Shown: positions 10,723-20,796 of the stretch, piece by piece
Position numbering within the stretch: position 1 is the first letter of the stretch
How the letters are laid out: every line of letters begins with the position of its first letter
Origin: Parcubacteria group bacterium GW2011_GWA2_48_9
GTDB taxonomy: Bacteria; Patescibacteriota; Patescibacteriia; UBA10025
Assembly: GCA_001003705.1 (NCBI GenBank)
Contig: LCPQ01000001.1
Location: forward strand, 58,008 to 122,007
Reading direction: 5' to 3'
Length of the DNA stretch: 64,000 nt
Made by a program: the position numbers and the translations under genes
The notes under the pieces: generated by a model
Seen by the model: the letters and a program-made list of their open reading frames with translations, nothing else
Told to the model about the DNA's origin: nothing
Database searches by the model: none

Positions 10723-10814
10723 TACTCGAAATGATTGTGTCTTGGTTCGTCTAAGATATATTGTGCGACGCATGATACTGTAAATATAAGAAGCGCTATA
10801 TTGATCCCCTTGCG

Positions 10815-12077
10815 CTAAGGGAGATAGTCCAGTGGGTTAACTGGTATGCCGCTGAGACGCACTTCAAAATGAAGATGTGGGCCTGTAGTGAGGCGTCCGG
10901 CGCCAGGTGTGCCCGGCATACCGCCAGAGAGGCCTATCTGCTGTCCCCTAACGACGTACTGCTCTTCAGAAACGTCTATTCTACTGACATGACCAAACAC
11001 GGTTGAAAGCTCGTTTCCATGGACAATCATTATAAAACTATACCCCATTCCAGCGTTTCTAGCTCGAGCTACATATCCATCGGCAGGCGCATAGAGAGCA
11101 GTACCTTGTGGAACTCGAATATCAATGGCTGGATGTTCAAAATACTTTCTGTATGGGTATGTCGGATCCTGGAAGTACGCGGAAATGCCGTTGTGTGACA
11201 TTACGGGCCATGACAACGTAGCGTTGCTATCTAAGAGATCATCCCCACCCTCTCTAAGCTTATCGCGCACATTCTGCTCGATAGTATAGATCTCAGAGTT
11301 AATCTGTTTTTGATCGAGTTGAGCTTCTTCGAGCAGGTCCTCAAATACTTCCTGGCTTTCTTTTGTCTGGTCAAGCAGAGTGAGTTTGTACGTTTGCTGG
11401 CTCTCCAAATCTCCAATGGAAAGAGTAAGCTTGCCCTCCAGGCTAGAAAGCTCTTCTTTCTTTTTCGACTGGACGTTCTGTTCTTCTTCGAGTTCCTGCT
11501 TAGCATCCTTCAGCGAAGTCAGATTTTTTGAAATAGTTGTTTCGATATCCTCAAGAGACTTAACGTAATCAAAGTATCCTGATATCGATGAATTCGTAAG
11601 AAAAACAGCAAGCATGTCGTGGCTGTCGGATATATTGAGCTGGCGAATATACTCAGAAAGTTGCCCCTTGAGCATCCCGAGCATCTCACGGCTTTTCTCT
11701 ATGTCAAGAGTGAGTCGTTCAATCTCTAGCCGTGCACGATCTGACTCAAGTTTAATACGCTCAATGTCGGCGTTAGTTTGAGTTATTTGAGAATCAAGTA
11801 ATGTCAGCTGGCCCTGTATTGATAGAGCCTCTTGGCGTTTGATATCCAGACTTTCTTCATATTGTTCAATCTTCTGATTAATCTCGTCAATGAGCAACTT
11901 TTTCTCCTCAATCTGTTTATTGAGTTCTTGGTACTCTTCCGTTGTCGCATTGTCGCTTGCCTGGGCCGCCAACTCACTGCCGCCGTGCACAAAGTAAAAA
12001 ACCGCCAGTACGAGTATTCCGAGTACCAGTGGAAAAGCGCGCATTAAATGGTTTTGTTTCTGTTTGAAATATACCAT
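10815..12077 (-). CDS. M23 (LytM-type) peptidase with a long N-terminal coiled coil (EnvC-like)
   Basis: 420 aa with a signal/TM segment and about 250 aa of heptad-rich coiled coil. The C-terminal M23 domain carries HxxxD and HxH motifs (…GPHLHFEV…). Confidence 0.85.
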   Translation of the reverse strand: MVYFKQKQNHLMRAFPLVLGILVLAVFYFVHGGSELAAQASDNATTEEYQELNKQIEEKKLLIDEINQKIEQYEESLDIKRQEALSIQGQLTLLDSQITQTNADIERIKLESDRARLEIERLTLDIEKSREMLGMLKGQLSEYIRQLNISDSHDMLAVFLTNSSISGYFDYVKSLEDIETTISKNLTSLKDAKQELEEEQNVQSKKKEELSSLEGKLTLSIGDLESQQTYKLTLLDQTKESQEVFEDLLEEAQLDQKQINSEIYTIEQNVRDKLREGGDDLLDSNATLSWPVMSHNGISAYFQDPTYPYRKYFEHPAIDIRVPQGTALYAPADGYVARARNAGMGYSFIMIVHGNELSTVFGHVSRIDVSEEQYVVRGQQIGLSGGMPGTPGAGRLTTGPHLHFEVRLSGIPVNPLDYLP

Positions 12078-12111
12078 ATCAGCGTTATTGCAGGCACATC
12101 ATAGCACAGAT

Positions 12112-13593
12112 TTAGGCTTTTTTCAAGCCCTGGGCAAGAATGAGGGCCGTAGCTACTCGTTGAGTAATTACCTCTCTTCCAAGTACCGCCATCATGGCAA
12201 ATACATCAGGACTGGCTTTTTTGCCGGATATGGCAACCCGGAGTGGCCAAAGTATTTCGCCATTCTTCTTGCCACTTGATTTTATCCGATTTACAAAAAG
12301 GTCGCGAAGTACGGGCTCAGTAAAGTCTTCGTCATTCATCTTTTCTAATACCTCGGAAACAAAAATAAGTGCGACAAGCGCAGTTTCCTTCGTACCGGGT
12401 GCCGGAATCAATAATGCCGGGTCGTAGGCAATGTCTTTTTGAAAAAAGTAACTCCCCCATTCCCCTATTTCTTCTAAGGTCTCGATGCGATCACGAATGG
12501 AGACGAGAAGATTGGCGAGTTTCTCATCAGAAATTTCTTTGTCGGTAACGAACTTTCGTGCAAAAGGGGCGAGTCTGTTCGGCTCCATCGTACGTAGGTA
12601 CGATGCGTTTGTCCATCGCATTTTCTGAATATCAAAAATTGATGGTGCCTTATTAACTTTTTCAATAGAAAATCCATTTGTAAGCTGATTGAGAGTGAAA
12701 AATTCTCGATCGCCCCCTGGATTCCACCCAAGTAACGCGATGTAGTTAATGACCGCTTGAGGGAGAAATCCGCGCTGCCTGTATTCAAGCGCTGGTTCTG
12801 CGCCGTGTCGTTTAGAGAGTTTGGTTCTGTCACTGCCGAGGATCATCGGCAAGTGTGCAAAAAATGGCGGTGTCCATTCAAGGGCTTTGTAAAGAAGTAT
12901 ATGCTTGGGTGTCGAAGGGAGCCATTCTTCGGCACGTATGACATGAGATATGTTCATTAAGTGGTCGTCTACAACATTTGCGAGATGATACGTAGGAAAT
13001 CCATCAGACTTAAGCAACACCTGGTCGTCGATAGTCGCACACTCAAACGTTACCTCTCCTCTAATCATGTCTCGAAATGTTAAGCTACCTTCGGTTGGAA
13101 CACGTAAGCGTATTGTATGGGATGTGCCAGAGACGAGTCGTGACTTCACCTCAGATGGGTTTAGAGCGCGACACAGACCATCATAGCGCGGAGTTTGTTT
13201 TTCACTAGCTTGTTTTTTCCGCAAGGAGTCTAGTCGCTCCGTAGTGCAAAAACACGGGTAGGCAGCACTTCGTTCAAGTAATTCACTAACGTGTGTTTGA
13301 TAGATCTTTTTTCGTTTTGATTGAATGTAGGGACCGGCATCGCCGATTGACTTTTCAAATGGATCCAATGGATCCGGACCTTCGTCCCATATGAGTCCGT
13401 ACCACTGCAACGCTTCTATAATATTTGCAAGCGATTCTGGGACGTATCTCGCCGCATCAGTGTCTTCAATTCGTAAAATAAAGGTGCCACCGTGTTTTTT
13501 TGCAAAAAGGTAATTAAATAAGGCTGTTCGCAGGCCTCCAATATGCAGAAAACCAGTCGGTGATGGTGCGAATCGCACCCGTACGTTCTTCAT
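12112..13593 (-). CDS. gltX: Glutamate--tRNA ligase
   Basis: The start was moved to the internal MKNVRVRFAPSPTGFLHIGG (HIGH motif). The KMSKS-type motif is …KLSKRHG…. The ATG overlaps the stop of the upstream transporter gene (ATGA). Confidence 0.9.
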   Translation of the reverse strand: MKNVRVRFAPSPTGFLHIGGLRTALFNYLFAKKHGGTFILRIEDTDAARYVPESLANIIEALQWYGLIWDEGPDPLDPFEKSIGDAGPYIQSKRKKIYQTHVSELLERSAAYPCFCTTERLDSLRKKQASEKQTPRYDGLCRALNPSEVKSRLVSGTSHTIRLRVPTEGSLTFRDMIRGEVTFECATIDDQVLLKSDGFPTYHLANVVDDHLMNISHVIRAEEWLPSTPKHILLYKALEWTPPFFAHLPMILGSDRTKLSKRHGAEPALEYRQRGFLPQAVINYIALLGWNPGGDREFFTLNQLTNGFSIEKVNKAPSIFDIQKMRWTNASYLRTMEPNRLAPFARKFVTDKEISDEKLANLLVSIRDRIETLEEIGEWGSYFFQKDIAYDPALLIPAPGTKETALVALIFVSEVLEKMNDEDFTEPVLRDLFVNRIKSSGKKNGEILWPLRVAISGKKASPDVFAMMAVLGREVITQRVATALILAQGLKKA

Positions 13594-14663
13594 ATAATAT
13601 CCTTGATAAAGTAATAGATCTCTGCGAGAACGCCAACACCAAAAAGTGTGCCGACCAGTATAATCCACAAGGGCGAGCGTGCTTTTTCCGGCTCGAACTT
13701 TTTCTTAGCCTTGCGATACATTGCGAGGATGAGTAACCCTTCAAATCCAAGGAGAATGCCGCCAATGAGTGAAATAACCCAAATAAAATCGTTGAGGCCA
13801 AAAAAGTACAGTGCAAGTGGCACAACGCAAGCAAGAAGCCATGCGTAGAATTTCCTCACGCCAAAATCGTATCGATAGGTATTTGTGATGCTTAAACCAA
13901 GGGCCAAAAAAGAGGTAAAGGTAGTAATAAATCCAAAGACGTAGCCGAGTGTTATGACACCGTCACCGAGTGATGACGTGAGTCCGGATATTGCCTCGAT
14001 TGAGGTATCGGAGCCCGTGATACCCAGAACGAGAAAAACGAACAGAAGGTATATTGTTAAACTGACGAAAAGACCAGCTACAAGTACTCGCGAAAATACT
14101 CGGCCTGAAACACCGACGATATCGCGAATCTCTGGAATAACCGAGCTGCCCCAAAATGAAAACATGACGGCGCCAAATGGCAATAAAAGATTTTCAGGAT
14201 AAAAAGTGTTTAAATTTGAAAATTCAATTTTCTTCCAACCTGCTATAACAAGCCCTGTGACAATAATAATGAAAATAGCTAGAAAAAAAAGTTCTGTGGA
14301 AGCGATAGATTTCCTTCCTCTGAGAACTAATGTCGCACCAATACTAAAAAAAATGAGGACCCCAAAAATATCGGGTAGTGGGAATAACGTGCTTGAGAAA
14401 AGATCGGACAGAAACCCCCCGCCAACGATAAGGTATGCGAGCAAGCTTCCCGTAAAACCAATAACCACCACGTATGCATATGCACTATGTATGAAGTATA
14501 CGATTCCTCCAAGTACGACGCAGTATACCAACGTAGGAATAAAGCCGACTCGACTGGCAATGTAGGGCAAGCCAAAAATACCTACCCCTATGACCGTACC
14601 GGAAAGCACCGCTAGCCCAAGAAAGAATTTTTTCCATTCCATGAGGTAAGTATACCACCACAA
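13590..14663 (-). CDS. Polytopic membrane transporter, possibly an amino-acid permease
   Basis: 357 aa with about 10 TM segments. The N-terminal …GTVIGVGIFGLPY… resembles amino-acid transporter signatures. Confidence 0.5.
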   Translation of the reverse strand: MWWYTYLMEWKKFFLGLAVLSGTVIGVGIFGLPYIASRVGFIPTLVYCVVLGGIVYFIHSAYAYVVVIGFTGSLLAYLIVGGGFLSDLFSSTLFPLPDIFGVLIFFSIGATLVLRGRKSIASTELFFLAIFIIIVTGLVIAGWKKIEFSNLNTFYPENLLLPFGAVMFSFWGSSVIPEIRDIVGVSGRVFSRVLVAGLFVSLTIYLLFVFLVLGITGSDTSIEAISGLTSSLGDGVITLGYVFGFITTFTSFLALGLSITNTYRYDFGVRKFYAWLLACVVPLALYFFGLNDFIWVISLIGGILLGFEGLLILAMYRKAKKKFEPEKARSPLWIILVGTLFGVGVLAEIYYFIKDII

Positions 14664-14688
14664 GACCTTTTTTTAAAGGTTTTTTTAT

Positions 14689-15848
14689 TTACTCATCCTG
14701 AAGTACCAAGTCCTGTTCCGTGCCAGTTTTAAGCATCAAATCTGATCGGGGGGTAGATGTACTCACCGTTTTTCGGAAGCCGATTCGGTCAGGCGCGTGC
14801 ACAGGGGCAAGACGATGTAAAGTGCCCCAATGCACCGTTTCTTCCCCAAAGCGGTCATTCAAGACATCCATGGCGGCATAGACCGCGTCTTTTCGCGGCT
14901 GTGCCCAAAAACATCCTTGGTGCGATAACGTCCTCAGTCGAAAGACGCCGATGGCGAACGACTGCGCAGTATACGAACCAATCAGGCGTTCCAGGATACG
15001 CCAACCAAGCCGAAATATCTCGTCACCCCCCGTAAGAGAGCGGCTGAGAGTAACGTTTTTCCCATAGTAGCCACCTTCGCGAAGACCGACCGAAACGAAA
15101 AGCCCCTGTGCTTCCAGTCCGCGTGTACGCACATCCCTGCCAGTACGTTCCGCAAGCCGCATGAGTACTGACTGATAAAACCTCCGGTCAGTCGTACGGG
15201 TACGCAAAACATGTGAGTGCCCGATGGATTTCGGCTGTTCGACTGGCGTGGCCAGACGCGCCGGGGCGAGTTCGATACCATTGACATTCGCCCAAAGTTC
15301 ATGTCCTCTGATGCCGAGCAAACGCTTCAAGGCGTGCGGCTCGCACATCATGAGTTCGTCGAGCGTCCGAATGCCCAAAAGATGGAGACGGGCGGCAGTG
15401 CGATCAGCGATGCCCCACGCTTCTATCAGGTCGCGCCCCTTGAGATACCCCAAAAGGTTGTTGCGACTCAAAACCACTATCCCTCCTTTTTCACACGTGT
15501 CAGAACCGAATTTGGCCAGCCATCGAGTCGGCGCGATGCCTATGGAGTTCGTACATCCGAATACTGCCTGATGATAGAAAAGATTTTTTCAGTCGTCGAA
15601 CGGTACTTCGACGGATCGACTTCTACTAATATGATATCTGGGTATAAAAACTTTGCCTCGTCGGCACGACAACCGGTCTTAATGCCCACCGCCTTCGCTT
15701 CCTTCGATGAAGCGAGAATACACCCGTGCGGTGTCATGGTGGCGACAACTCCCAAGGGTTTCCCGCGTAGCGTAGGATTCGCCTGCTGCTCAACGCTGGC
15801 AAAGTACGAATTCATGTCCAGATGCATAATGATGCGCTTCGCTGGCAT
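14689..15848 (-). pseudogene. dinB: DNA polymerase IV (Y-family, DinB) disrupted by an internal deletion of about 130 nt plus a frameshift
   Basis: ORF 15540..15848 encodes DinB residues about 1–100 (…HLDMNSYFASVEQ…). ORF 14689..15477 and its upstream extension encode residues about 145–360 (…GIAPTRWLAKFGSD…YLKGRDLIEAWGIADRTAARL…). The segment holding the catalytic SIDEAxLD motif is absent. Translating both frames across 15530-15590 shows the two halves abut in different frames. Confidence 0.6.
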
Positions 15849-15862
15849 ATATGACAGTATCG

Positions 15863-16111
15863 CTATTCAATTTGTATCTCACTCAATACCCATATCAGGC
15901 GCTCAGGGTCATACTCCAGTCCATACGTGTTTCCTCCGTCTGAAACGGCAAAACACCATACATAGCGGGAACCTACCCGTTTCCGATATACCAAGTTCAC
16001 CCTTTCCACATCATATCGCTTTCCTGCCCGTAAAAAGGCTAAAGGACGGACTTTCACGCCGTCAAAGTCCACAACCACCCGTATGGGCTCCCGCATGCGT
16101 TCTACGAGCAT
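15863..16111 (-). CDS. Small hypothetical protein (82 aa) immediately upstream of dinB and co-oriented with it
   Basis: ORF with a 14-nt gap to dinB. No family recognised. Confidence 0.35.
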   Translation of the reverse strand: MLVERMREPIRVVVDFDGVKVRPLAFLRAGKRYDVERVNLVYRKRVGSRYVWCFAVSDGGNTYGLEYDPERLIWVLSEIQIE

Positions 16112-16299
16112 ATAATGCGTCTGAGAGGGTCCTTATTTATGGGTAATCCCCTTCTAAACCCTCTGCATTCATTATACCGAAGAAAAACCGAACATGCAAG
16201 CCCCACGTGACGCTCGTCCTGAAGCTACGCGATAGTGAAGCAGAAGGACCTCATTGAGCGACGCTGGCCAGATAACACCTTCTGTCCTAGCGGGAGCAC

Positions 16300-17253
16300 T
16301 TATACATTTTTTACTTCCACTGGTGATGTGCTGGTAAAAGCAGTGTCAACAGTAGGCCGAGGAGGTTCGATGTATTTTCTTCCAGACCTCTGCACCATGT
16401 AAATCGATCCCACAAGAATGATGCCACCAATGACTTGAGTTGTTACCAAAGCTTGATCAAGAAAAATCCAGTTGAGCGCTACCGCTGAAAACGGAAAAAC
16501 CAGCTCAGCAATTGTTGCTACGGAAGCTTTAGTTGATTTGAGGCCGTAGTAATAAATGAGTAGGGCTCCTGTACCCGTAAAAACTGTGATGAGTAGCAGA
16601 CGAGTAATATCTGTGCCAGACAATCCTCCCAGAAGGTGGAGGGTTCGCTGTGTGACGATAAAAAACAACATAAAGAGTAATGCAACGCTCAAACGGAGTG
16701 ATGTCAAGGCTGGATATGTTAACTTACGAAGCACATACCTACCCATCACTGTTGACCCGCCCCAAAAGAAAGCAGCCAAGAGCGCATACCATACCCCTTT
16801 CATACTCGTGAGCGAAAGGTTTCCTATCCCGTCCGGGAATGAAACGAAGTATGCGCCTCCAAGCGCCAAAAGCGTCCAGATCCAAAACGATGTGGCGAGA
16901 CGTTCTTTGAGGAGAAGCGCCGCTAATACTAATGCGATTATCGGCTGAGTTTTTTGCAATAAGATCGCTACGGTTGGCGAAACATATGTAAATGCAGACG
17001 TGAAAAAATACGTCGCCAGAGCCGAACCCCCGACGGCGATAAACAGCACTGCCCACAACTCCTTCCGATTCAATGCCTCAAACTGTTTTCTACTCTTCCA
17101 AAGAATTGGAAGAAGTAAAATAGCCCCAAAAAGATGCTCATAAAAAACAATCGTCGAGCTCGAGATACCCTCCGTTAACGGCTGACGAAGTAATGAATCA
17201 GCACTCCAAAGTAGAGCCGCTATCATTATGAAAAATGCACCGTACTTCCGCAT
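16300..17253 (-). CDS. EamA/DMT-family transporter
   Basis: 317 aa with 10 TM segments and two EamA-like repeats. Confidence 0.75.
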   Translation of the reverse strand: MRKYGAFFIMIAALLWSADSLLRQPLTEGISSSTIVFYEHLFGAILLLPILWKSRKQFEALNRKELWAVLFIAVGGSALATYFFTSAFTYVSPTVAILLQKTQPIIALVLAALLLKERLATSFWIWTLLALGGAYFVSFPDGIGNLSLTSMKGVWYALLAAFFWGGSTVMGRYVLRKLTYPALTSLRLSVALLFMLFFIVTQRTLHLLGGLSGTDITRLLLITVFTGTGALLIYYYGLKSTKASVATIAELVFPFSAVALNWIFLDQALVTTQVIGGIILVGSIYMVQRSGRKYIEPPRPTVDTAFTSTSPVEVKNV

Positions 17254-17335
17254 ATTGGAGCTAAGAGTACACCCCCCTATGTATCGGTGTCAATATTCCT
17301 TCGCAGGACTTATTCTTAATTTGTATCTTTTCCTT

Positions 17336-19279
17336 TTACAATTCCTCCCACGTCTCATCCAAAGCTCTCCAAATTCCACCTGGCCCTGAAGTAAATGATG
17401 TACTGGCAAGACCTGACTCGTACGTGACCTCCACATTATTATCGAGCTGTAACAAATACCCAGTCGCCTCATTCAACTCAGCGTTATTACTTATTTCAAG
17501 CATCCCTTGGCTCGTGAAGAAAATAGCGCCGCTGACATTATTTTGGATATGTATTGCAGGGTCTGTAAGAGCAGTTATACCCTTGTTTGTAGATGCAACC
17601 ATGACATAGCTATCAGCTGCGCCGGACCCCTGAATGTCACCATTATTGTTTATAACTACTTTTCCTTGTGTTTGTTGGTATGAAGGGTCGTCAACGATAA
17701 TAACTGAACTTTGGGATCCAAAGGATGGGGACAGTTTGATATCAGCGTTGTTATCTATGGTAAGATTGCCTTTGACCCAAATAATACCATTCATTGTTAC
17801 TTGGGCGCTGTTAGTTATGAAAAGGTTTCCATCTATCTTCACGGGACCAAGAGTGGTTCCATTTGGCACTGTATATGTAGTTCCCACCCCTCCTGGCGGA
17901 GTAACGACTCCTCCTATTTCAGCATCAATTTCCCACTGCTTAATCTGTGCATTTGAAATCGGCATGTTCTCTGGAGGCGCGTCAACAGGAGGATCAACTG
18001 CGGTTGGGCAGGTTTTTACTCCGGATACCGTGTTGCTGCTCTCAGTTTCACACGTGAGATTGCCACTGATCACTGAGTTCGTCACATTCTCGGCGGTTAC
18101 ATTCCCGGCAATGGTACCTTGGTTGATTGACCCGCATTCCACATCACCAGCTACGGTCGTGCTTTCCATGATCTGACATTCGACATTGGCGGAGATATTT
18201 GAAGTTTGAATAGTATTGGCATGAACAAATCCTCCGGCTGTCGCCGGCACTCGCAAACCAGTAATGGAGGTCGGGACCCCACCCATGAAGACTTTAAAAC
18301 CGAAATCGGCGTTTGCGCTCTGCCATGGGTCGCTACCCCAGTCTTTGGAAAACATACCGATCCCGTTCCCGTAACCCGCGTTATCGTGAGCCCCCCATAT
18401 CCAATACTTACTGGCATTTTTACTACCTACGTCAAAAATTATCCAGTACGTAGATCCTTTTATGAGAGGTGGGGTGGTGTTAAAAGTAATATCTATCCAA
18501 CCATATGTAGTGGTCACCAGTGTTGCATTCAGTGTCCCGGAGGCAAGTTCTGTAGTTCCGGGTAATCCAGCATTATCTGTCACTATATGCATCGTAGCGT
18601 TCGATGGGCTGCCGACTTTTTTTATATATAAGCTGATTTTATTCATGACATTTGTTTCTCCTGCTTTGAAGCTCTGTGCAGCATCAGTTTCATTGGTTGT
18701 CCTTCCGACATCATATTCAGAGCTCTGGACTATCTGGCTTTGGTCAGGTGTAAGGGCGGTCCCCCCGGCGACAATGACACTTCCTTGTATTTCAGCGTTG
18801 TTACCGGCGGTGATACTGCCATTCGAGTAGACATTCCCTTTCACAATCGCATTATTGTCCATATTAAGCCCCCCTTCACCTACTTGAACACCGTAATAAA
18901 AGGATGCCTCACTTGTTGCGGGTTCGTCTGTTGCTGTTACCCGTATAGTTCGTTGCACATTGCCTGTGGTTCCGACGGATGTAACCTCCTTGTTGTCACC
19001 AACAACAGCTACTGAAACAGAAAAGGAACCCGCGCCCAGTTGAGTAGTTTCTCCGATGTATGGATTACCACATACGGCAGGCTTGTTAAGACACCAGAGT
19101 GCCCGATCAATTCCTGCTTCAGCAAGCTGAAAAGCAAGTGTCCGACGCGTCTCTTTGCGCAACACAAAAGAGTTATAGGCAGTGGTCGAGGTAATCGCGA
19201 GGACGATTACAATGGCAGAACTCACCATGATCAGTGCCAGTATGAGTGCCTGTCCTTTATTTGTTCCTGAGACGTGCAT
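17336..19279 (-). CDS. Large type IV pilin-like protein (prepilin-type N-terminal helix plus about 600 aa Thr/Ser/Asn/Gly-rich beta-rich domain)
   Basis: The N-terminus (…NKGQALILALIMVSSAIVIVLAITS…) resembles a class III signal peptide with a hydrophobic helix. The remainder is low-complexity and repeat-like. It lies adjacent to two pseudopilin genes. Confidence 0.5.
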   Translation of the reverse strand: MHVSGTNKGQALILALIMVSSAIVIVLAITSTTAYNSFVLRKETRRTLAFQLAEAGIDRALWCLNKPAVCGNPYIGETTQLGAGSFSVSVAVVGDNKEVTSVGTTGNVQRTIRVTATDEPATSEASFYYGVQVGEGGLNMDNNAIVKGNVYSNGSITAGNNAEIQGSVIVAGGTALTPDQSQIVQSSEYDVGRTTNETDAAQSFKAGETNVMNKISLYIKKVGSPSNATMHIVTDNAGLPGTTELASGTLNATLVTTTYGWIDITFNTTPPLIKGSTYWIIFDVGSKNASKYWIWGAHDNAGYGNGIGMFSKDWGSDPWQSANADFGFKVFMGGVPTSITGLRVPATAGGFVHANTIQTSNISANVECQIMESTTVAGDVECGSINQGTIAGNVTAENVTNSVISGNLTCETESSNTVSGVKTCPTAVDPPVDAPPENMPISNAQIKQWEIDAEIGGVVTPPGGVGTTYTVPNGTTLGPVKIDGNLFITNSAQVTMNGIIWVKGNLTIDNNADIKLSPSFGSQSSVIIVDDPSYQQTQGKVVINNNGDIQGSGAADSYVMVASTNKGITALTDPAIHIQNNVSGAIFFTSQGMLEISNNAELNEATGYLLQLDNNVEVTYESGLASTSFTSGPGGIWRALDETWEEL

Positions 19280-19847
19280 GTGTTTGTAATGTGTGAGTTA
19301 GTGTGCGCTGACCAGCTATGGTAGATATGGTAAACGTACTTGCGACATCGTAACTATTCTCCGGATCGGTATCGGTATAAGTAAACGTGAGATCTTCTAT
19401 GTGAGATCCGAGAACTTCCGTTCTGTCTGTGCGCGAACTCGTATCATCTGCATCGGTAACGCGAAGCATTTTTGTAGTATCGAGAGGATCCAAGGTGAGA
19501 ACCATGTAATCGTATGTATTCGGAATAATAGATCCGTCACCATCAATGGCAAGCGCCTCAAGAATTACTGTAGTTGAACCTGTGAGGTATGGCTGAGAAA
19601 GGATACTCTTCGATTGGACGATCCTTGATGAAGGAAGTACTGTGTCACTAATGCGCTTTGCTATTGTCGACGCTTCAAATAGTAACTCCTGCTTTACGCG
19701 AGAATCACGAGCTGTCCGTGAAAAATTAATAAAGAGCGGACCAAGTAGTGTGACTAAAGTGACAAGCACCCCGATAGTAATGAGCATATCAACAAGAGTG
19801 AATGCTCCTCTAGGTTTCGTTGTGTTCCTTAAGAATCGTACAGGCAT
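19257..19847 (-). CDS. Prepilin-type (pseudopilin / minor pilin) protein
   Basis: N-terminus …KPRGAFTLVDMLITIGVLVTLVTLL… matches the G-F-T-L-(I/V)-E-like prepilin cleavage and methylation motif. Confidence 0.6.
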   Translation of the reverse strand: MPVRFLRNTTKPRGAFTLVDMLITIGVLVTLVTLLGPLFINFSRTARDSRVKQELLFEASTIAKRISDTVLPSSRIVQSKSILSQPYLTGSTTVILEALAIDGDGSIIPNTYDYMVLTLDPLDTTKMLRVTDADDTSSRTDRTEVLGSHIEDLTFTYTDTDPENSYDVASTFTISTIAGQRTLTHTLQTHARLRNK

Positions 19848-19860
19848 TAAGGTAAAACAC

Positions 19861-20760
19861 TCAGTCTATTAATATAGATGGTGTTAGAGAGCGACTGAAG
19901 CGTTGCCACCCGGAAGCAACCTGATCTACTGTTTCTGTAACTGCTGGAAAACTCCAGAAGTTACTTGTTATATTTGATACAAAAACATCATCAAAGTCGG
20001 CGGTAACACCGTCGAGTGCCGCGAGCGCATAGAGCCCTTGATCAAATGTGTTGTCATTGATGGGTGCACCGGTTTCATAGCTCCCATTAATGGAGATAGT
20101 AAACGCTCCGCCAGTCGCCGTTACCCGCATCGAATACCACACATCTTTCGAAAATGCTTTCGCCTTTGTCCAGAGTTGAGTCTGCACTCCTTCTACCACA
20201 CGAACCATTGTTATCTGAGCCGCAGATACACTAATAAGGTAGTAATTCTGCGTGTCATGATAGCGTATGTACATCCCGGTGCGCCAGCTAGCTTGGGATT
20301 CGTTTCGTGCACGGAAATATAACTCCATGGTAGCATCTCCAATGCGCCCGACAGGGACAATCTGCCTACTTGGATTTGCACTGCCAGTAGCACTGCCAGC
20401 TGCATAGACATAGGGTGAAGACCTTGGGTTCACAGGGTCTTGAATTGACCAATTTCCGCTGTTGTAGCCAACTTCAATGAAAGATGTCGCGGTTCGATTT
20501 CCTAAATCAGCAAAAGACGCGCTACGCAAAGCCTCCACCTCCTCGATCAGTAATTGGCGCGCAAGTGTTAGGTATTGGCTATGTCGCTGTAGCCTCTGGG
20601 TGTTACTGAATCCTGCAACAACAATCACGAGAATAGTCACTACACCAATTGCTATGACTGTCTCAATGAGGCCTACTCCGCTTCGCCCTGCAAAAGATTG
20701 GCGTGCACTCGCCGTACGTATATCCTCCATGTGTGGGTGTATTATACCATATTTATACAA
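19861..20760 (-). CDS. Prepilin-type (pseudopilin) protein
   Basis: N-terminus …GRSGVGLIETVIAIGVVTILVIV… shows the prepilin motif with Glu at +5. Confidence 0.55.
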   Translation of the reverse strand: MYKYGIIHPHMEDIRTASARQSFAGRSGVGLIETVIAIGVVTILVIVVAGFSNTQRLQRHSQYLTLARQLLIEEVEALRSASFADLGNRTATSFIEVGYNSGNWSIQDPVNPRSSPYVYAAGSATGSANPSRQIVPVGRIGDATMELYFRARNESQASWRTGMYIRYHDTQNYYLISVSAAQITMVRVVEGVQTQLWTKAKAFSKDVWYSMRVTATGGAFTISINGSYETGAPINDNTFDQGLYALAALDGVTADFDDVFVSNITSNFWSFPAVTETVDQVASGWQRFSRSLTPSILID

Positions 20761-20796
20761 AAAATCAACCCACTTGTGAAACTGTCAGTTTTTTAA

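Noticed and set aside
10473-10754. 93-aa ORF overlapping the 3' half of the YdjM-like gene in another frame
   Set aside because: It is fully overlapped by a longer ORF that has a coherent TM pattern. The 93-aa translation is Ser/Arg/Cys-rich nonsense, so it is judged spurious.
10801-10825. CCCTT-gcgct-AAGGG hairpin considered as a bidirectional terminator between the YdjM-like and M23 genes
   Set aside because: The stem is only 5 bp and it overlaps the M23 stop codon, with no clear U-tract on either strand. Too weak to call.
13954-14565. ORFs on the + strand opposite the transporter gene (82 aa and 119 aa), and similar antisense ORFs within copA (55048..56619) and the IMPase/DUF2207 genes
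   Set aside because: They are antisense to well-supported genes with strong family signatures, and no independent support exists for them.
16112-16299. Search for a LexA/SOS box upstream of the small ORF–dinB pair
   Set aside because: Only a half-site-like CGAAC is present. No CTGT-N8-ACAG or GAAC-N4-GTTC palindrome was found by eye, so no operator is claimed.
17634-19270. Several 60–180-aa + strand ORFs inside the pilin region (for example 17634..18176, 18206..18565, 18462..18830)
   Set aside because: All are antisense to the 647-aa pilin-like gene and have low-complexity translations. They are typical shadow ORFs of a Thr/Ser/Gly-rich gene.
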